Assembly: GCA_951406725.2 (NCBI GenBank)
Contig: OX597838.1
Location: 20,212,001-20,276,000, forward strand
Direction of reading: 5' to 3'
Source: Octopus vulgaris
Taxonomy: Eukaryota
Length of the DNA stretch: 64,000 nucleotides
Positions 1-11,979 of the stretch are shown here, piece after piece. Each line of letters begins with the position of its first letter. Within the stretch, counting starts at the first letter, position 1. Below the pieces are notes generated by a model that was not told the DNA's origin, ran no database searches, and saw only the letters and a program-made list of their open reading frames with translations. Position numbers and translations under genes: made by a program.

Positions 1-780
1 GGAACATAATTTGTGACTAAGGTTTGGTGGAAGATTTTAATTCAGAACTTATGAAAACAAGACATTTGTACTACAGAGCCAGAGCTGGTTTCAGTCGGGT
101 TGGTAACAAAAGGGCTAAACAATGAGGGGAAAAGATGGTATATTGTTAATTGGGAGGAGTTGAGGTGGAAGAGACGGAGGAAACAAGGCATCTTTGAGCC
201 TGTGGTTGTAGCATGGTAGGGAGAAAGTTTACATTGATCATCTTGATGGTATGGCAGTTGGTTTCATTTTCATGTTTATTCACATGCAGTTCATGCCTCT
301 ATCATGTATGCAAACCCCGTTTTCAACCAATGAGAGTAATCGAGACCCCTTTTGCTCAAGACACTGACCATGGGATTGCACCTACAAAGTTACCCACCGA
401 GGCACAAGTCCGGGCAAAGTTGTTTATGGAAGACCAGCAGTTGCCCACCATGAATACCGGCCTCCCTTCTCCATGCCACCAGTGTTATCCAAGGGAAAGG
501 CAAAGGGGCCGATACAGCTTGGCACCTGTGACGTCGCAACTCATTTCTGCAGCTGAGTGAACTGGAGCAATGTGAAATAAAGTGTCTTGCTCAAGAACAC
601 AGCATGCAGCCCGGTCCAGGAATCGAACTCACAACCTCATGATTGTAAACTCAATGCTCTAACCACTGAGCCATGTGCCTTCACTACCAATGAGAGTGTA
701 CACGATAATTCTAGAAAATTCTTCTAGTAATGGCTTTATAAAAAACTGAATTTGGCGCGTTAAGAGAGACTTTGACTTAC

Positions 781-959
781 CTTGCCGCAGTCATACCACT
801 CTGCCCTCAAGCTGTTCTTACAGCTTCATACTCAAACCAGTGCAATACCGCCTAATAGTTACCTTCACAGCTATAAACCAACTTGGAGATGAAGAAGAAT
901 CAATGCCATATGTTTTTGCAGCAATGTGCCAACCAGTTAAATCATTAAGTTTTTAACTC
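781..959 (-). other. Candidate exon (tttacag|...CAAG|gtaagt), apparently non-coding as written
   Basis: Consensus donor and plausible acceptor in unique sequence; stop codons occur early in all three frames. Confidence 0.3.
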
Positions 960-1136
960 CTGTAAATTATGTTGATCAGCATATGTAATTTATATTCACC
1001 GTATCAACCAGACTATCAGGTGTTGCTATACACCACTGAATGCCATATGGTTCTTCACATTGTTGTAGCTTTCAAATGAAGCTACCCTACTGGCTAGGAA
1101 TGCTGATCAACATATCCCCTGAACAGAATGTCTGTC

Positions 1137-2037
1137 TGATGGTCTCAGTGCTAGAGATGACAAAGATTTATCTCCCTGCGATCGGTATAAACAAGAGTTC
1201 ATTTTTGCACCAAAAGCCAATATGGGAATTTCTCTCATGGTACCTACCACAGTATAGTTTGTTCTAACAGAACATCCAGCTTTAAGATGGGGATAAATAT
1301 TATCTCTCAGTATTAGTACTACCTCTGTCGCTAATATATATATTTTTAATCAGCTCACTGGCTAATTATGACACCAGCACCTGCCCTGGCACTGTTATTC
1401 TATATATCACTGTGCCTCTAGCAGTCAAGTGTCCATCATTGATGAGACAACGGAAGACTGAAATCACGTGATCTGGTGTTTTCAGTGCTGGAGGTGGCCA
1501 GGGATTTATCTCCCCACTAGTGATATAAACAAGTCCATTTTTGCACCAAAAGCCAATATGAGAGATTCTCTCTTGGAATCTAAAACAGTATAATTTGTTC
1601 TAACAGAACATCTGTGTTTAAGTGGAGATAAACATTACCTCTTCATATTAATACTTCCTCTGTCGCTGATAAAAATTTTTTAACAAGCTTACTGGCTAAT
1701 CATGACATCAGCACTTGTTCTGGCAATGTTATCTTATATCCATCGCTAGCTGGGAAATGAATCACTGCTATCTCTAGTGGCCGAGTGTCCATCATTGATA
1801 AGACCAAGGAAGGTTGAAATCATGTGATCTGGTGATCTCAGTGCTGGAGGTGGCAGAGATTTATCTCTTCACTAGTGATATAAACAAGTCCATTTTTGCA
1901 CCAAAAGCCAATATGAGAGTTTCTCTCGTGGTATCTACCGCAGTATAGTTTGTTCTAATAGAACATCCACTTTCAAGTGGGAGTAAATATTACCTCTTGG
2001 TATTAATATTGCCTCTGTTGCTAATGTATATCTTTTA
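1137..2037. repeat. Diverged tandem repeat, ~340-360-bp unit, about 2.6 copies
   Basis: Anchor CATTTTTGCACCAAAAGCCAATATG recurs near 1200, 1536 and 1891. Confidence 0.9.
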
Positions 2038-2507
2038 AGAATGTCAGTCTGTTGCAGGGTTACCTGTTTACAACCAAGTAGACTGGAGCAACAAGAGATG
2101 AAGTGGCTTCATTTGAAAGCTACAACAATAACTGGTCTAGGAATCAAAACCACGACCTCAGGATCACGAGTGCAACATTCTAACCGCTGGGCCATATGCT
2201 TTTCAGCATCTTCCAGTTTCTGTTTACCAAACCAAATCCATTCACAAGGCTTTGGTCAACCCAGGGCTATAGTTGAAAACACTTGCCCAAGATACCATGC
2301 TGTGGGATCATATCTAGAACCATGTGGTGGGTAAGCAAATTTCTTACTACAGAGCCATACCTACACCTTCAGATATTTTATATCTTTGCGGTCTTTAGCA
2401 AATCAATTAGGATTCAGTTAATGAAAGCATTATAAGGGTAGCAAGCTTTAAAGCACAGAGGTAAATGGAGCTTTAAAAAAGAAGCAATATAAGATTATTC
2501 AATTTAA

Positions 2508-2729
2508 CCCTTTGGCATTGAGACTACTCTGTCGAATGTAATGCTTATTTAATCGCATTGTTTTGACATAATCGTGCATTATCTTGTAGCTTTGAGAATT
2601 TCATGATGTGATTGTTTATATCTTTGGAATGATATTTAGGGTAAGAGTGAAAATTTTGGATTTGGCTGGTGTGAACATAAAACAGACAGAACATTCAGGC
2701 TGGATATGACCTGTTTAAATGCTAAAGGG
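2508..2729. mobile_element. Second TTAA-flanked piggyBac-type MITE family (inverted copy 19451-19671; partial copy from 29105)
   Basis: TTAA|CCCTTT.GCATT...AATGCTAAAGGG|TTAA. Confidence 0.8.
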
Positions 2730-2815
2730 TTAAACAATGTCACAATTATTTGTTGACAGAATAGAGGGAACATTCAGTTTATAATTAGAATAAAAAGAAA
2801 AGAAATAAAACTTAC

Positions 2816-2863
2816 AAAAACAACAATACCCACAAAACCATTGAAACATCTCACAAACAAAAT
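2816..2863 (-). CDS. Probable 48-nt internal exon of the same unidentified gene (ILFVRCFNGFVGIVVF in phase 0)
   Basis: Long polypyrimidine tract ending ttcag, donor |gtaagt, length a multiple of 3, open in the phase left by exon 11887-11819. Confidence 0.45.
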
Positions 2864-2987
2864 CTGAAATAAGAAAAAAGAAAATAAAAGAATAAGAATT
2901 GTTTTAAACAGGCTCTGAAATAAAATAGGGTTAAAATAAAGTTATTGGACTATATGTTAACTTTGCTATACAGTAATGTCTTTAATT

Positions 2988-3245
2988 GTGGAGGCGCGTG
3001 GCTTAGTGGTTAGGGTATCAGCATCATGATCGTAAAATTGTGGTTTCGATTCCTGGGCTGGGTGATGCGTTGTGTTCTTGAGCAAAACACTTCATTTCCC
3101 TTTGCTCCAGGACACTCAGCTGGCAAAAATGAGTAACACTGCAATGGACTGGCGTCCCATCTAGCTGGAGAACACATATGCCATTGAAACTGGGAAACTG
3201 GGCCTATGAGCCAGGCTAGGCTTTAAAAGGGCACATTTATTTATT
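2988..3245 (+). mobile_element. Third tRNA-derived SINE group (head GGAGGCGCGTGGCTTAGTGGTTAG); relatives at about 345-683(-), 4561-4860(+), 9625-9985(-), 25775-26066(-), 38679-38970(+), 63795-63970(+)
   Basis: Pol III A and B boxes followed by TTGTGTTCTTGAGCAA.ACACTT. Confidence 0.75.
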
Positions 3246-3577
3246 TTATTAATGTCTTTAATTAGTGTAGTTAATCCCTTAGCTTGCTATGGTTTTTAAA
3301 GTTCTTCAACTCGCAAGTCAAAATAGGAAGAGACTTGGGAGTTCTCCACTGACATCATCACTAGCATCATTTAATGTCTGTTTTTCATGTGGGCATGGGC
3401 TGGACGGTTTAACCAGAGCTGGTATTTAATTTATTGACCTCAAAAGGATGAAAGGCAAAGTCGACCTCAGCAGAATTTGAACTCAGAACGTAGTGGCAGA
3501 TGAAATACCACTAAGCAATTCGCCTGGCATGCTAACAATACAGTAAGCTCACCACCTTAATAATAATAACAATAAAA

Positions 3578-3750
3578 TGAGAAAGCAACCATACTATGGG
3601 ATATGCCAATACACACAGATAGGGAAATTAAGGCCAATAAGTCAGATATAGTTGTCAAAGATCATCAAGAAAAAAATGCTGTCTAATTGATGTATCAATA
3701 CCAACAGATGACATTTCTCTAAAAGAAATGGAGAGACTTTCAAAATACAA
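3578..3750 (+). mobile_element. Fragment of the restriction-like endonuclease domain of an R4/Dong-type non-LTR retrotransposon
   Basis: KATILWDMPIHTDREIKANKSDIVVKD../CLIDVSIPTDDISLKEMERLSKYK with one frameshift. Confidence 0.7.
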
Positions 3751-5995
3751 ATCCACTGCTGCCATGTAAAATAGTGTGAACAAGATGGATCTCAATTACA
3801 TCTGAGACATCCAGCAGCTGGCTGCAACCACCATAACCAGATTCAGAATGTCACCAATCCCAATGGTGACCCTGGTGAAGTTGGGTGGTGTGGTCAAGTG
3901 CATGGGCCTTGTGATCACAACACATGGTCTACCCTAAACAAAATCATGCAACGGTCATGTTCGCCAACACTATACCTGATTTTCTCCCCTCCATACACAT
4001 GCAAGCATCTATCTGACTCATACACTGTTCACTTTCCAGATATTTGTACATTACTGTATATACTTTATACGCACTTTTGACAAGTTGTGGTGCACCTGAG
4101 CCCTGTATACAATAATTTCATTATTATTTTATAAATACAGACCCCTCAGCTCCTGGTTAACCCTCATTGTGTAGATCTATGATTAGAGACTGTCCAACCA
4201 TAACCAAGACTAGAACTACAGCTGAGAAAAAATTGGCTGCTATTTATAGCAGAGTTGAGTATTCATAGGCGAACTTCTTATGATGAGCCAGGTCTCATGT
4301 GGCCTGCTTTTTGGAAAAGGTTACCCATGCCTGATGTAGAATCTTTGGCACACTGTTGTTTAGCTACAAGTTAACACTAATTAACCAGGCCAAACACATT
4401 TCAACCATGACCATCTCAACATTGTTCAGATATAATGCATGTTGGACAACACACCAACATCCCATTTTAAAGAAGGTAGTGTAGTTAGAGAAATTTAGCT
4501 CCTATTTCTAGCAGATCAAGCAGCTACATAAAGGTTCCTTTCTTTTCTTGAGATGTACATGTGAAGGCGCATGGTTCAGTGGTTAGAGCATCAAGCTTAC
4601 AATCGTAAGGTTGTGAGTTCGAATCCCGGACCAGACTGTGTGATGTGTTCTTGAGCAAGACACTTTATTTCACGTTGCTCCAGTTCATTCAGCTGTATTG
4701 GCCTTTGCCTTTCCCTTGGATAACACTGGTGACATGGAGAGGGGAGGCCAGTATGCATGGGCGACTACTCGTCTTCCATAAACAACCTTGCCTGGACTTG
4801 TGCCTGGGAGGGTAACTTTCTAGGTGCAATCCCACGGTCAGTCATGACCGAAGGGGGTCTCAACAACATGTACTCAATGTAATTGATTAGCCTATTTCAC
4901 CCCAAATTTCTGACTGTGTCCATAGTGGAAAGAATTATTAATTTTTTGATCGGTTTATTCAACAAAATGATACAGCTCAATTTCTGGATTATATAAGGGA
5001 ACGAAGGTTATCCACTAATGTTAATAGACAGGTATAGTGGTGAGCTGTGGGCACTGAAAGTAGGTCTGAAGAGAAATAAATGATTTGTTAGAAATTAGAA
5101 TGTCTAATGGAACTGTGTGCAGGGGAGACAACTGCACTTATAAAAACGATTTAACTCTCTTATATTTCTTATGAAATACACTACTTTTTTGTATCAATGA
5201 TGAAGAACTTAGTAAAATTACTTTGTCACTATTAAGCTGGTATTTTGAAGACAAATTAATGTGAAATTTTGATACAAGGTTTTTTTTGTTTTTTTTTTAA
5301 AAAAAAGATCACTTCTAAATAAGAAGTTTGTAACAAAACCAGGAACCAGGGTTGGTCTCAGGTGGGTTGGTATTAGAAAGGTGAATGGAAGAGGAATCCT
5401 GGGGTGGAAGAGAGCAATTGTTTGTAGATGATAATTGTGGTTCATGGGTGAGGATTAGAAAGAAGTGGTAAAATAAGGCAGTGAGCTTGCAAAATCGTTA
5501 GCATGCCGGGCAAAATGCTAAGCGGTATTTCGTCTGCTGTTACGTTCTGAGTTCAAATTTTGCCTAGGTCAACTTTGCCTTTCATCCTTTCGGGTCGATG
5601 AATTAAGTATCAGTTACGCACTGGGGTTGATGTAATCGCCTTATTCCCTTAGTCTGTCCTTGTTTGTCCCCTCTATGTTTAGCCCCTTGAGGGCAATAAA
5701 GAAATAAGGAACATTAGGACACCGGGCAAAATGCTTAGCGGTATTTCGTCTGCAGTTACGTTCTGAGTTCAAATTTCGCCTAGGTCAATTTTGCCTTTCA
5801 TCCTTTTGGGTCGATAAATTAAGTATCAGTTACGCACTGGGGTTGATGTAATCGACCTAATCCCTTAGTCTGTCCTTGTTTGTCCCCTCTATGTTTAGCC
5901 CCTTGTGGGTAATAAAGAAATAAGAAAGAAGTGGTAAATTCAGAGCTTACAATATTTGAGTTCATTGACAGAAGGGATTGAGAGAAATAGTGAAA

Positions 5996-6383
5996 TCTTT
6001 ATATATAAAAGTCAAGTTGTGTGTCTGTCTCCAACGATTTAGATTCCTAACTACTCCCACATTTTGCGTTGCAGTTTAACCAAAACCGGGTATCTTATAG
6101 TCGTGATTCATATCGAGCCCTTCTGGGTATTAGCACACGTCTACGATGAATCTACGATTTTAAAAAAAATTTACCATAATTTTTTTCCATTTTAATGCAT
6201 TTTTTCGCTATTATATAAGGGAAGTAACTCTCTAAAAATGTCTACCATGAGTCAACGATTTAAAAAAAAATTTACCATAATTTTTTTTCCATTTTTAATG
6301 CATTTTTTTGCTATTTTTGGGCTATAACTCTCTAAAAATGCTTATATAGTTATTTCCCTTACAAACCCGAGCGATACTGCTAG
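5996..6383 (+). mobile_element. Non-autonomous Helitron-like element (partial minus-strand copy ~39240-39499)
   Basis: a|TCTTTATATATAAAA start, CTAG|t end, A/T insertion site, no TSD, internal ~95-bp duplication. Confidence 0.7.
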
Positions 6384-7028
6384 TAGTTGTTAAAAGAATG
6401 AGTTGGATGGAGATGACTGACAACGATGGCAAAAATAATAATGATGATAATGGTAAGAAATGAGGGTGGCGACGATGATTATGTTGCTGTTGTGGCACAA
6501 GCAGTCAGCGCCATATTGGATGAGATCTCACGACAGCCATTACCATCTCAGAGACTGGAGCAAGACCTCACCTGCATCCATTTGCCATGCGCGAGATCAC
6601 AACAAGGCTCGTGATGGAAACTATATAAAAGGAAAACCGATTCAGACCTGTCTCTTCTTTGGCGCCACTACACAGCAGCGCTTTCTGAACACCCCACTGG
6701 CTGGAGGCAATTTGCACCTGCACTATCGGAGCTTAAGATGGTAGCTGAGAGTAGCACACTTCACCTTTCCTGTAAATAAACCAGATGTAAATAGCAATTG
6801 TGGTTGAAGTCTTTTCTCTTCGCCTGCCGGAAGCCTGAACTTCATGAAGAACAAGAAGATGATGGAAGGAGATGATATTCTTCTGATATCGTAAACCTTT
6901 CCTTCCATTATTAAATTACCAATGGTTATGATGATGATTTTCATGATAATTGTGTCTAATGCTGGTCCTTTGGGCCTCACTGAGGCGATGACAAATGTCC
7001 AAGACCTTTGGTGATATGCTGTGCTTAA

Positions 7029-7473
7029 CCCTTTTGTTACTGTATTTATTTTGAAATGCTCTGTGTTTCTTTCAATTAATTTTAAATATAACAAAGAATT
7101 TAGTAAAATAACTTAGTTATCATTAACCCTTTCGTTACCAACCCGGCTGAAACCGGCTCAGGTTCTGAGTACAAATGTCTTGTTTTTATAAGTTTTGAAT
7201 TAAAATCTTCCACCAAACCTTAGTCACAATTTATGTTCCTAACACTAGCTCAATGATAACTAAGTTATTTTACTAAATTCTTTGTTATATTTTAAGTAAT
7301 TGAAAGAAACAAAGAACATCTCAAAATAAATACAGTAACGAAAGGGTTAAGCTAGTGTTAGGAACATAAATTGTGACTAAGGTTTGGTGAAAGATTTTAA
7401 TTCAAAACTTATGAAAACAAGATATTTGTACTCAGAGCCAGAGCCGGTTTCAGCCGGATTGGTAACGAAAGGG
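7029..7473. mobile_element. piggyBac-type (TTAA) MITE with an inverted copy of itself (7127-7346) nested inside; other copies near 1-115, 5150-5380, 12530-12750, 22945-23060, 27205-27685
   Basis: TIR CCCTTTCGTTAC/GTAACGAAAGGG; TTAA at 7025, 7123, 7347 and 7474. Confidence 0.85.
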
Positions 7474-7843
7474 TTAAGACTGGTAATGATAATTGTGGTG
7501 ATGGTAATGGTGATGCTGACAGTGGGAACAATGAAAATGATAGTTATAATGGTATTGTTACAGATGAGTTCCTCATTGTCATCATTTAACATCATCATCC
7601 TCCAATGTCTCTTTTCCATGCTGGCATGAGTTAGACGGTTTGACTGAGACTGGTAAGCCAGAGAGCTGCACCAGGCTACGACTATCTCTTTTGGCATGGT
7701 TTCTGAAGCTGGACGCCCTTGCTAATGCCAACCACTTTACAAAGTGTACTGGGTGTTTTTCACATGTCACTGGCATGGGTGCCTTTTATACCATGTCACT
7801 GGCAATGACCACAATTCACTTAGCTTGACATGTCTTCTCAAGC

Positions 7844-7882
<39 letters not shown>

Positions 7883-9078
7883 CCTCTCACCATCGCTTGA
7901 CAACCAATGCTGGTGTGCTTATGTTCCCGAAACCTAGCAGTTCGGCAAAAGAGACCAATAGAATAATTACTAGGCTTACAAAGACTAAGTCCTGGAGTCG
8001 ATTTGTTCAACTAAAGGCGGTGCTCCAGCATGGCCACAGCCAAAATGACTGAAACAAGTAAAATAGTACTGTTATGAAAAGGGAGGGACACACTGTATCA
8101 CATGGTCCTTTTAGGACTGGGTGGTCATAGCTAAAACATCTATGATCGTAAGAGTAATCTGTCAGATTGATCAACTGCTAAACAACAGTATGCAATCTAG
8201 TTACCATATCTTTTACTTGTTTTAGTCATTAGACTGTGGCCATGCTGGGGCACCACCTTGAAGGGTTTTAGCTGAACAAATAAACCCTAGGACTTATTTT
8301 TTTTTTTAAAACCTAGTATTTATTTTATCAGTCTTTTTTGTTGAACTGCTAAGTTATAAGGATGTAGGTACACCAACACCGATTGTCAAGCAGTGGAGGG
8401 GGACAAACAGGGGCACAGAATGCATGCATACATACATATGTACACACACACACACACACACACATGACAGGCTTCTTTCAGTTTCCGTTTACAAAATTCA
8501 CTCACAAGGCTTTGGTTGGCTCGAAGCTATAGCAGAAGACATTTGGCCAAGGTGCCACGCAGTGGAACTGAACCTGGAACCATGTGGTTGGTTAGCAAGC
8601 TTCTTACCACACTGTCACACCCACACCTAATATGCTACACTTGTATCACCAATGCGAATGAAACATCCTCCGATGATGATCTCATTAACACTAATACACA
8701 ACCACCACCCTCATTAAAAGAATAATGCTACAGCTCACTCACTCACTCATCCTGAAACCTCCACAATTTCTGATGATGTTTCTTAATAACCCTCCACACA
8801 CATAACTATGACTGCTTTACAAAGACTAGCCTTCTTCTTCAGAATCAGGAAATATTTCAGCTCTGATCCACTGCCAAGCCTCAATTTACAAAGCTCGTCT
8901 ACAACCCATAGAGAAATATTTGATTGCAGATCTGAGGCAGTAGACCTAGTTGCATACATGCTTGTGTAGATGTTAGCTGTTTAATACACATCTCAAGGGA
9001 ATTCAGTGTGTTGTGATATGAAACTAATATTCTCAAGAAGATAATCCCATTAATTAGTATTATTGACTGATATTTGTA

Positions 9079-9118
<40 letters not shown>

Positions 9119-9310
9119 GATAAGTGTATTTTTTCCTTGTTAACAATTAACATGGAAAAAATAGATACCAGGGTAGCAAAAAATCACACAAGTAAAGAGG
9201 TTGGAACTCCTTGTTTTTAAAAGGTAGAAACTTCGGGTTTACATGGAAGTTTTTGTATAATATATAAATAAATAAATGGAGTTTAACCTAGGTATAATTC
9301 AAATACTTTT

Positions 9311-9398
9311 ACTTCCGACACATGTTTCGAAGATTTCACTGGTATTATTCCAAAGGAATAAATGGTGTAAAACAATGTAATCTTATCTTCAGGGAAGT
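9311..9398 (-). ncRNA. Type I hammerhead ribozyme motif (Penelope-associated type), GUC cleavage triplet
   Basis: Minus strand: ACTTCC-CTGAAGA-long stem II-GAAA-CATGTG-TC-GGAAGT; stem I is a perfect 6 bp. Confidence 0.75.
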
Positions 9399-11818
9399 GA
9401 AGAAAGGAAACTCATCAATAAGGCATTTTAACAGAAAATGATGGATATCTTTCTCATTTTCTTCCAGTAGTCCTTGTAGTCCAGGAAAATGGCAGGGATG
9501 CTGTCTTTCTTCGTCTATGTTAATCAACAAATAAATAAAAGTGAATTTAAAAAATGCTGTGGAGCCAAAGTTAAACTTAGGTCAACAGTCTAGTTTCAAT
9601 TTCCAGTCACACGATATTTATCGTCATCGTGGCACTCCATCGGTTACGACAACGAGGTTTCCAGTTGATCTGATCAACGGAACAGCCTGCTCGTGAAATT
9701 AACGTGCAAGTGGCTGAGCACTCCACAGACAAGTGTATCCTTAACGTAGTTCTCGGGGAGATTCAGCGTGACACAGAGGGCGACAAGGCCGGCCCCTTCG
9801 AAATACAGTTACAACAGAAACAGGAAGAAAGAGTGAGTGAAAGAGCACACCACCCTCTGCCAGAGTCTCGTGGAGCTTTAGGTGTTTTCGCTTAATAAAC
9901 ACTCACAACGCCCGAACTGGGAATCAAAACCGCGATCCTACGACCGCGAGTCCGCTGCCTTAACCACGGCTATTGCGCCTCCACTCTCTATCTATAAATA
10001 ATAGCTTTCAGGAAGGCATGAGTAAGAAACCTCATTTCCTATCTATCTTAAATCTGAAACTCAGTGCCTATGTAAATCGATATGTTACTAAAAATATACA
10101 AAAATAATTGTACACATCTTCACTTAAAAGCCACAAATCTCCGCATTGAAAGGTCACAGCTCCGGGTGTGATGCTATTAGAATGTCGCAGAAAAGAGTCA
10201 CAAGATGGATTCTTCAGGCTGGACCAACGAGCAGGAGACCTAAGGGGTAGACCAAAGCCAAGGAGGCGTACACCCGGAAAGTGTAATGAGTTGTTTTTGA
10301 TAGGACCCTATAGAGGAAATGCATGAGGTTTCTACCCACCGCCCCCAGAAAATGTAGGCAAAGAATAATAATAGATGAAAATGGAAGGCAGCAAGCTGGC
10401 AGAAAGTTATTAGCATTCTGGACATAATGCTTAGCGGCCTTTTCTTCCGGCTTTATGTTTTAGGTTCAATTGTTGCCGTAGTTGACTTTAACATGTATCC
10501 TTTTGGGGTCTATAAAATAAGCCGAATACTAGGATCAATGTAATCGACTTCCCCCTCCCCTCAAAAACTACTGGCCCTATTATTATTATTGTTAAGTAAG
10601 AGAACAGCGCATGCCATCAAAGTGCCACTGGGTACAAATATACGAAGCCCAATATACCCATCATGATTACCCGTCTGTGCACAGGGCGGTGAGCTAGCAG
10701 AATCGTTAGTACGCCGGACGAAAGGCTTAGCTTTTATCTTTACGTTCTGAGTTCTAATTCCGCCGAAGTCTACTTGCCTTTTATAGGTTGATAAAATAAG
10801 TACCAGTTGAACACTGGGGTTGATGTAATCGACATATGCCTCCCCAGAAGTTGCTGGCTTTGTGCCAAAATTTGTGGAAGCTGTTTTCAGTTGAGTATGT
10901 CTACCTTATAACTAAGAACTTGCTCGGTCGGCTAGAAATAGCAGGCAGCTCTCCTTAGTCTTACATTATATTTGAAAATTAGAGTGGTCATAACAGGATA
11001 ACTGGAACGCCTTCTAATTAACCAAGCACTTGCTATTTCGTGGTCGAGTGCACAAGTTAAAATCTACCTGGCTGTTGGGGCAATTTATTTGAAGAATATA
11101 GCTGACTATATTGACTTCGTTACTTGTACTAAGTCAAACCAGACCTCAGTATTTCAAATAACAACCAAATGTACCACAAATTACACCCTGTGGTATGTGA
11201 AAAAAGAGATTAAAAGCATATGGTGGGAAGTAGCGTAGTTATTCGATATTTTACGTCAATTTAATTTGAAACATGCCGGCCCGAAAAACCAACTTTGTGG
11301 GGGCGAACTTATGTGCTTCGATTAAAACTCCGCTTATAGTCTTTTAGATAAACTATTCCCCAAAACAGACAAAATAAAGTTGCTGTGGTCACTACTGAAG
11401 CAACAGGCTGACCTCGACCGGGGGTTAAATAACAGAAACTTTTTCTTGTATGCGTACAAGGTAGTAACAAGTAATGGTACAATGTTTTACGATACAAACA
11501 ACACCAACGTCCGGTCATCTTGTTGTTGGGGTTCGTTCCATTAGCCAACATTTAAAAGTGGGTCGCAACAAAACTTCAGAACTAGTGACGATATTCGGTT
11601 AAAGTTTTATAAGTTCTTGAAGAGGGGTCCCGTTCGGGGTGGCCCCGCGTCAACTCGCTCTGTTCGATGGAGAGACTAAATTGAAAGGATAGCCCAACAC
11701 TGGAAACAGTTGTTTAATTAGTAAAAATAGATATTTCCGCATCTTTGAAGTTTTACAGCTGTGTACTTAGGTATTTATTAAACAAACAAATGGTAAAGTT
11801 TTTAAACGTGGTACTTAC

Positions 11819-11887
11819 TTTGCGGGGACTAATCCCATGGTATATCGCACTTTCCAAAGGGGTTGTGTGTCGGTCTGAATCCGCCAT
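11819..11887 (-). CDS. Probable first coding exon (or uORF exon) of an unidentified gene: MADSDRHTTPLESAIYHGISPRK
   Basis: ggcATGG Kozak context, 23 open codons, donor AAA|gtaagt, in a repeat-free CpG-rich island behind an E-box palindrome; no homology recognised. Confidence 0.5.
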
Positions 11888-11967
11888 GCCTCTCTAATTT
11901 AATCATGTGATGTTGTCATTAGCGAACGAAAACAAAAGCTAAACCAGCACCTGACACCTACACAACT

Positions 11968-11979
11968 AGTCACGTGACT
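11968..11979. promoter_or_regulatory. Perfect palindrome AGTCACGTGACT containing the CLEAR/USF E-box GTCACGTGAC
   Basis: About 80 nt upstream of the ATG at 11887; a second TCATGTGA M-box-like site lies near 11903. Confidence 0.55.

Noticed and set aside
9345-9530. 61-aa ORF as terminal coding exon of the unidentified gene
   Set aside because: Phase does not fit exon 11887-11819, no homology recognised, and its end overlaps the hammerhead motif, pointing to retroelement origin
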